DNA of 64,000 nt. It comes from Alphaproteobacteria bacterium. Its GTDB lineage: Bacteria; Pseudomonadota; Alphaproteobacteria; SP197. Numbering within the stretch: position 1 is the stretch's first letter; every line of letters starts with the position of its first letter. The DNA lies in assembly GCA_964291415.2 (NCBI GenBank), contig OZ219917.1, positions 928,001 to 992,000 on the forward strand, in the 5' to 3' direction. The notes under the pieces are model-generated. The model worked only from the letters and a program-made list of their open reading frames with translations. It searched no databases and was not told the DNA's origin. This document shows positions 58,537-64,000 of the stretch, piece by piece. The position numbers and the translations under genes were made by a program.

Positions 58537-59613
58537 ATGCTGGTCGGCCTTTTGCAGGAAGCGGAGTTGATGGAGGGTGTCGACGTCGCCCAGCGCTATT
58601 GGGAGATGATCGAGGAGGCGGCGCTCGCCGACAGCCTCGGGTTCTCCTGCTGGGGAACGTCCGAACAGCATTTCTCCCCGCCGCGCTTTGCCGTGGCCGC
58701 GCCCGAGGTTCTCTACGCCGCGGTGGCCCAGCATACGGAGACCATCAGGCTGCGCGTCATGTGCGCGGTGCTGCTGGCGTGGAACCACCCGATCCTGGTC
58801 GCCGAGAGGCTGGCTACCCTCGATATCGTCTCGAGGGGGCGGGCGGAGCTGGCGACGGCGCGGTCGAACAATGTCCATACCCTCGAGGCCTTCGGTGTCG
58901 ACCCCGCCACCACGCGCCAGCAGTGGGCGGACTCCATCGAGGTTGTCGTCAAGGCGTTCTGTGACGACGTCCTGGAACACGACGGTCCCGTGTGGAAGAT
59001 CCCGCCACGGGAAATCGTGCCCAAGCCGGTGCAGAAACCCCACCCCCCGCTGTCGGTGGCGGCCTCCAGCGTGCAGTCCCACGTGGCGGCTGGCGAGCGC
59101 GGTATCGGCGCCCTGTGCTTCGAGAGCTACTTTGGATTCGGATACCTGCAGGACTGTATCGACGGGTATCGCGCCGGCCTTGCGAAGGGGACGGCCATGG
59201 CGCCACGGCGCACGGAGCACATGGGCCTCTATGTCGCGACGGCCTTCTGTGCCGAGACGCGCGAGGAAGCCTGCCGCATTGCCCACGATGTCGCCATGGG
59301 CTACTACCAGTTCCTCGTCGACATCTACGTCCCTCTCGGCAGGCAGCAGTCCTACGAGTATCTCGACGACAAGCTGAAACTGCTCGTCGATCACCGGGAC
59401 GACTTCGACTATCTCCTCACCGAGACGCCGTCGATCATGATCGGCACGCCTGATGACTTCGTCCGGCGCATCGAGCGGCTCGAGGCCATGGGTATCGACG
59501 AGATTCTCATGAGAATCGATGGCGTCGCTCACGAGGACATCATGCGGAGCTTCCGCCTGATCGGCGAGGAGGTCATCCCGCGCGTCTCGAGCCGGGTCCA
59601 GGCGACAACCTGA
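58537..59613 (+). CDS. luciferase-like (LLM) flavin-dependent oxidoreductase
   Basis: SEQHF, HPILVAERLATLDIVSRGR, PKPVQKPHPP, IGTPD. Confidence 0.9.
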   Translation: MLVGLLQEAELMEGVDVAQRYWEMIEEAALADSLGFSCWGTSEQHFSPPRFAVAAPEVLYAAVAQHTETIRLRVMCAVLLAWNHPILVAERLATLDIVSRGRAELATARSNNVHTLEAFGVDPATTRQQWADSIEVVVKAFCDDVLEHDGPVWKIPPREIVPKPVQKPHPPLSVAASSVQSHVAAGERGIGALCFESYFGFGYLQDCIDGYRAGLAKGTAMAPRRTEHMGLYVATAFCAETREEACRIAHDVAMGYYQFLVDIYVPLGRQQSYEYLDDKLKLLVDHRDDFDYLLTETPSIMIGTPDDFVRRIERLEAMGIDEILMRIDGVAHEDIMRSFRLIGEEVIPRVSSRVQATT

Positions 59614-59765
59614 CCGCAAGCGGCGCCCTGGAAGCGCCGTTCTGACACGACCGGCAGACCCTGGAGAAACCGGGGTCCGCAGACGAGGTGACGATGGGCC
59701 CTCCAGGGCCAACAGCGACGCTATTCCTTGCCCGCGCGAGAACGAAGGGGTCATCATCGCCAGTC

Positions 59766-60977
59766 ATGACGGACTCCCTCGACACGATCCAGCTGGCGGA
59801 TCCCCGGTTCTGGAGGCGCCCTGACAGGATGGCGGTGTTCGCCCGGTTCCGCCGCGAACGGCCGGTCGCCCGTCAGACCATGCCGGACGGCAGCGTCTCC
59901 TTCTGGTCGCTCACGCGCCACGCCGAGTGCCGCGACGTGTCACGCCAGACATCGCTCTTCCGGTCGCAGCATGGCACCGGAATGGTGGCGGAGGGGCCGG
60001 AACTGGCCTACGAGATCGGCGGCATGCTGAACCGAGACGCGCCGCTGCATCCGGCTCTCCGGCGCATTCTGGCGAAGGTGTTCACGCCGCGGTTCCTGGA
60101 GGGCATGGAACGGGACATGGATGCCGCGGCCCGCTCCGTGGTTGGCGACGTCAGCGAGCGCGGTTGCTGCGACTTCGCCGTGGACATCGCCAATCGCATG
60201 CCCCTGACGGTGATCTGCGACATGCTGTCGGTGCCGGCCGGGCGCGATCGCGATGAACTCGCACGACTCACCCTGAAGGCGCTCGATCCCGTCGAGGCCG
60301 CGGAGTCGCTGAGGGCATTCCGTCTCCTCAATCTCTACGGTGAGGACCTTGCCCGCCAGCGCCGGCGGGCACCCGGTGACGATCTCGTCAGCCGCCTGGT
60401 CGCGGCGAAGGTCGATGGCGCCAGGCTCGCTGACCGCGACATCGGCATCTACTTTCAGCTTCTCATCACCGCGGGCATCGAAACCACGTCGAGTTCACTG
60501 GCCCAGGGCATGCACCTTCTCGCCTCCCATCCGGCACAGTGGCGCGACTGGCGGGAGAACTACGAGGAACTCGCCGGAACGGCGATCGAGGAGATCGTGC
60601 GCTACGCCAGTCCGGTCGTTCACTTCGGTCGCCGCGTGGAACGCGACGCCGTGATCGCCGGCCAGCCGATCGCTGCCGGTGACCAGGTCGTCTTCTGGTA
60701 CATATCGGCCAACCGGGACGAGACCGTCTTCGCGCAGCCGGAGCGCTTCGACATCCGCCGCTTCCCCAACGATCATGTCGGCTTTGGCGGTGGCGGTCCG
60801 CACCACTGTCTCGGCATTCACCTCGCCCGTCGCGAGATGCACCACCTGTTCAGGGTTCTCTTCGAAACCCTGCCCGATCTCGACGTCGATCTCGATGGCG
60901 CGCGTCCTCATCACGGCCTGTTCATCAACGGCATGCAGCGCTTGCCATGCCGGTTCACGCCGCAGCGCGCGCCTTGA
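59766..60977 (+). CDS. cytochrome P450
   Basis: I-helix AGIETT, EEIVR, heme motif GFGGGGPHHCLG. Confidence 0.95.
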   Translation: MTDSLDTIQLADPRFWRRPDRMAVFARFRRERPVARQTMPDGSVSFWSLTRHAECRDVSRQTSLFRSQHGTGMVAEGPELAYEIGGMLNRDAPLHPALRRILAKVFTPRFLEGMERDMDAAARSVVGDVSERGCCDFAVDIANRMPLTVICDMLSVPAGRDRDELARLTLKALDPVEAAESLRAFRLLNLYGEDLARQRRRAPGDDLVSRLVAAKVDGARLADRDIGIYFQLLITAGIETTSSSLAQGMHLLASHPAQWRDWRENYEELAGTAIEEIVRYASPVVHFGRRVERDAVIAGQPIAAGDQVVFWYISANRDETVFAQPERFDIRRFPNDHVGFGGGGPHHCLGIHLARREMHHLFRVLFETLPDLDVDLDGARPHHGLFINGMQRLPCRFTPQRAP

Positions 60978-61002
60978 CTTTGCCGGGTGCGGATTCTATA
61001 TG
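60974..61002 (+). promoter_or_regulatory. sigma70-type promoter for tRNA-Met
   Basis: TTGACT-17 nt-TATATG, ending 15 nt upstream of the tRNA; the -35 box overlaps the P450 stop codon. Confidence 0.6.
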
Positions 61003-61017
61003 CACCGGGCCTTCCGG

Positions 61018-61093
61018 GGCGGAGTAGCTCAGTTGGTAGAGCAGGGGAATCATAATCCCTGGGTCGGGGGTTCAAGTCCCTCCTCCGCTACCA
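61018..61093 (+). tRNA. tRNA-Met (CAT), elongator type
   Basis: 76-nt cloverleaf GGCGGAG...CTCCGCT-A-CCA; anticodon arm GGGGA-ATCATAA-TCCCT; T loop TTCAAGT; G1:U72 pair, so not an initiator tRNA. Confidence 0.93.
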
Positions 61094-61507
61094 CTTCCCC
61101 GTGTCCGTACCTTATCCCATGCGATGACGGCGCAAGGCGTCCTGTGACGACGTGCCGGGGCACGCATGTCCGGTGGCAGGCCCCGCCGCGGGACATTGCG
61201 TCCAGGCCGATTCAGATCCCCCGCTGTTGGTGGCGGCCTGCAGACTTCGGTGCCGCGTGGATGCCGGCGGGCGCGGCATTGGCGCCCCCTGTGTTTCGGG
61301 GGCTGCTTCGGGTTTCCCTGCCTGCCAGACTGTGGTGACGGGAATTGACCTGGTCTTGCAGCGGGCGACACCACGGCGGAATCCTGTCGTCTGTGACGCT
61401 GACCGGTCACCCGTTGCTTGAAACCCCGTCCACGTTCGCAGCACTATGATGACCGGAACATCTGGCCTCGTGTGGGCAGATACCTCAATTTGACCGGGGA
61501 GGAGAAC

Positions 61508-62629
61508 ATGAAACTCGTACGCACCATCGACCGCATCGCGCAAGGCAAGGCAACCCGACGCGAGATAGGCGAGATTGCCGCCCTTGCCGGAGTTGTTCCC
61601 CTGGCCGTCCCGGTGATTGCGCGCCCCGCTGCCGCGCAGTCGGGCGAGGACCTGATGTACTTCACCTGGGGAGGCTTCGAAGTGCCGGAGCTTTTCCCGG
61701 ACTATGCCGAAAAGTGGGGCGAGCCCTCGACATCCTTCTACGGCGACGAGTACGAAGCCATCGAGAAACTGCGGGCCGGCTTCGAGGCAGATGTCGTGTG
61801 CCCCTGCATTGACGTGATGCCCAACTGGATGCGCGTGGGTCTGCAGCCACTCGACGAGTCGCGTCTGATCTATCTCGAAGACACCTTTGAATCGATCCGC
61901 AACCCTGCGGCCGCCTTCGACAACGGAGAGCGCTACTATACGCCGACCTACTATGGCTTCACGTCCTTCGTCTACCGCACGGACCTGACCGACATCACCC
62001 CGGAAACCGAGTCCTGGGGACTGTTCTTCGACGAGGCCTACTCCGGCCGCATGGCCATCTGGGATTCCACAGACGCCGTGGTGCCGGTCGCTGCGCTTGC
62101 CGCCGGCATCACCGACAATCCCTATACGCCCGATGGCGACGATCTCAAGAAGGTCGAAGACCTGATGCGCAAGCAGCGCGATCTCGTGCGGTTCTACTGG
62201 AACGAGCAGACGTCAGCCCTTCAGGGCATCACGTCGGGCGAGGTCGTGCTTTCCTACGCCTGGTCCGCCGCGATTCCGCCGCTCATGGAGTCGGGCATTC
62301 CGTTCAAGTGGGCCCAGCCCAAGGAAGGCCTGATCTCGTATGTCTGCGGACTCTCGCGCGCCAACCGTCAGGGCACTGACGAAGAACTGGTGTACGACTT
62401 CATCAACGCGAACAGTTCACCCGAAGCCGGTGCCTTCATGATCGAGGCTTACGCTCTGGGCGCGGCCAACAAGAACAGCTACGGCCTTGTCGCTCCGGAA
62501 ACCCTGGCTCGAAACGGGCTCGAAACGCCCGAGGAGTCGCTGGCGGGTTCGCACACCTACCAGTTCGTGCCGGTTGATTTGAAGCAGCGGCACATCGCAC
62601 TCTTCGAGGAGATCCGCGCCGGATTCTGA
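61508..62629 (+). CDS. orphan PotD/PotF-like polyamine-type substrate-binding protein
   Basis: Tat-like TRRE leader; YFTWGGFE, AIEKLRAG, WAQPKEG; GGGGAGGAG RBS. Confidence 0.85.
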   Translation: MKLVRTIDRIAQGKATRREIGEIAALAGVVPLAVPVIARPAAAQSGEDLMYFTWGGFEVPELFPDYAEKWGEPSTSFYGDEYEAIEKLRAGFEADVVCPCIDVMPNWMRVGLQPLDESRLIYLEDTFESIRNPAAAFDNGERYYTPTYYGFTSFVYRTDLTDITPETESWGLFFDEAYSGRMAIWDSTDAVVPVAALAAGITDNPYTPDGDDLKKVEDLMRKQRDLVRFYWNEQTSALQGITSGEVVLSYAWSAAIPPLMESGIPFKWAQPKEGLISYVCGLSRANRQGTDEELVYDFINANSSPEAGAFMIEAYALGAANKNSYGLVAPETLARNGLETPEESLAGSHTYQFVPVDLKQRHIALFEEIRAGF

Positions 62630-62761
62630 GCGCTGGGTCCTGCCGGAATCGCCTCCACTGTCGCGGTCCACAGGAAGGTGGGTTCAAGCGAGTCCGCTGG
62701 CTGACGGGGCCGAGTGGTTCAGTCGGCGGAACAGGGGGAACATGGGCCCTTGGTCGGGGGT

Positions 62762-63301
62762 TCAGGCCCCTTCAGCGCTACCACCTTTCAGCTTCTTGCC
62801 TTGTGCGGCGGTGGGCGCGGGTTGCGATGCCATGACGGCGCGTCCCAGATCGAGAAGGGCCTTTCTGAGCGCAGGATCCTGGACGGGAGCGACAAGACGT
62901 TCGAGATGGGCCGTCTCCGCGGCATCCAGGATCCGTTGCGCCCGCCGCCCGGCTGGCTGGGGAGCATTGATGTAGCCCTGCTGCAGCCTGATGCGGTCGA
63001 TGACGGGATCGTTTGCGGTGCCGAGGTAGGTGTTGATGCGATCGAGAATGACCGGCTCCTGCATCTGCATCGTGGGCGCGTGGGACGGTGTGACGGTGAC
63101 GGTGAGGGTGCTGCCCGAGATCCTGGCCGGGCGGCTGTTCTCGGCGGTGTCGTGATCGACGATATCAGCCCAGTCGGTGAAGACGCGGGCGCGGGCAAAG
63201 CCCTTGCGCCTGAAGGCGCGTCCCGCAGCCTGCGGCAGGATCCTTCCCAGATGGACGAACCGTCCCTTTGTACTGCGCGCCCGGTGCCTGCCTTCAGACA
63301 T
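62762..63301 (-). CDS. DUF721/DciA-family protein
   Basis: RRKGFARARVFTDWADIV, MQEPVILDRINTYLG, IRLQQG, DPALRKALLDLG; divergent from mutY. Confidence 0.8.
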   Translation of the reverse strand: MSEGRHRARSTKGRFVHLGRILPQAAGRAFRRKGFARARVFTDWADIVDHDTAENSRPARISGSTLTVTVTPSHAPTMQMQEPVILDRINTYLGTANDPVIDRIRLQQGYINAPQPAGRRAQRILDAAETAHLERLVAPVQDPALRKALLDLGRAVMASQPAPTAAQGKKLKGGSAEGA

Positions 63302-63329
63302 GCCGTGATGACCGTGTGGACGGCTCGCG

Positions 63330-64000
63330 ATGAACCCCGGTGACCGCCTGCTGGCGTGGTACGACCGCCACGCCAGGAACCTGCCGTGGCGCACCGGGAG
63401 CGTGGGCGATCCCTACCGCGTCTGGCTTGCCGAGATCATGCTGCAGCAGACCACGGTGCCGGCTGTCATTCCCTACTATCTCCGCTTCCTCGAACGCTGG
63501 CCGACGCTTGCCGCCCTGGCCGGGGCGGACCGGGACGACATCCTCGCCATGTGGGCGGGTCTTGGCTACTACGCCCGCGCCGCGAGACTTCACGAGTGTG
63601 CCCGCATGATCGTGCGCGACCACGCCGGGCGGTTTCCCGGGACCGCGGAGGAACTGAAGAGGCTTCCGGGCATAGGAGCCTACACCGCCGGGGCGATCGC
63701 GGCGATCGCCTTCGGCCAGGCGGAGGCCGCGGTCGATGGCAACGTCGAACGGGTGATGGCCCGTTATCTTGCCGTTGACGAGCCCGCCCACCGCCTGAAG
63801 AGAACGGTCGCAAAGGCCGTGTCGGACATGGTGCCGCATGACCGCCCCGGCGACTTCGCTCAGGCCCTCATGGATCTCGGTTCCATGGTGTGCACGCCCC
63901 GCGCCCCGCGCTGCAACGCGTGCCCCCTCGGTGGGGAATGCAGGGCGAGGCAGCGTGGTCTTGTCGACAGCCTGCCGCGCCGGAGTGCCCGCAAGCGGCG
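63330..64000 (+). CDS. mutY: A/G-specific adenine glycosylase (partial, runs off the window end)
   Basis: Manual translation LLAWYDRHARNLPWR, EIMLQQT, WAGLGYY, LPGIGAYTAGA, VDGNVERV, CTPRAPRCNACPL...C. Confidence 0.95.
   Translation, partial: MNPGDRLLAWYDRHARNLPWRTGSVGDPYRVWLAEIMLQQTTVPAVIPYYLRFLERWPTLAALAGADRDDILAMWAGLGYYARAARLHECARMIVRDHAGRFPGTAEELKRLPGIGAYTAGAIAAIAFGQAEAAVDGNVERVMARYLAVDEPAHRLKRTVAKAVSDMVPHDRPGDFAQALMDLGSMVCTPRAPRCNACPLGGECRARQRGLVDSLPRRSARKR

Noticed and set aside
1217-59757. Many long antisense or alternate-frame ORFs (e.g. 15154..16587, 25236..26501, 46939..48567, 52539..53837)
   Set aside because: These are shadows of well-supported genes, expected in high-GC DNA, and carry no recognisable motifs.
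61018-61093. tRNA as tRNA-Ile2 or initiator, or as an attB site for an island
   Set aside because: The sequence fits the elongator tRNA-Met type; I saw no duplicated tRNA 3' end and no integrase in the window.

Overview
GC-rich alphaproteobacterial chromosome segment. A housekeeping backbone (aspS, rnd, prpE, hldE, purEK, COQ9/def/rpsU, split pntAB, fdx-mnmA, tRNA-Met, DUF721/mutY) is interrupted by several accessory blocks. (i) An AT-richer islet carries an AlbA_2/Schlafen-like protein and a methyltransferase gene bracketed by ~63-bp direct repeats. (ii) A NitT/TauT ABC transporter is linked to an amidohydrolase. (iii) A complete aminoethylphosphonate cluster (ABC transporter, LysR, phnW-phnA-phnY-pbfA and a PGDH-like gene) lies between imperfect inverted repeats with a TA duplication. 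Removing it rejoins a 556-aa conserved hypothetical gene to a DUF3726-like gene, so it looks like a transposase-less 12.3-kb mobilised cassette. (iv) A polyamine-type ABC transporter is followed by a glutamine-synthetase-like ligase, a Zn-ADH, a BVMO, an esterase and an FMO. (v) An oxygenase-rich region has two tandem TauD genes, a tandem double ectoine-synthase-like (EctC-EctC) protein, Rieske and PhyH oxygenases, double-domain GFA and AsnC proteins, an LLM monooxygenase and a P450. All calls come from reading motifs by eye; no database searches were run. GC remarks are visual impressions, and start codons were picked manually.
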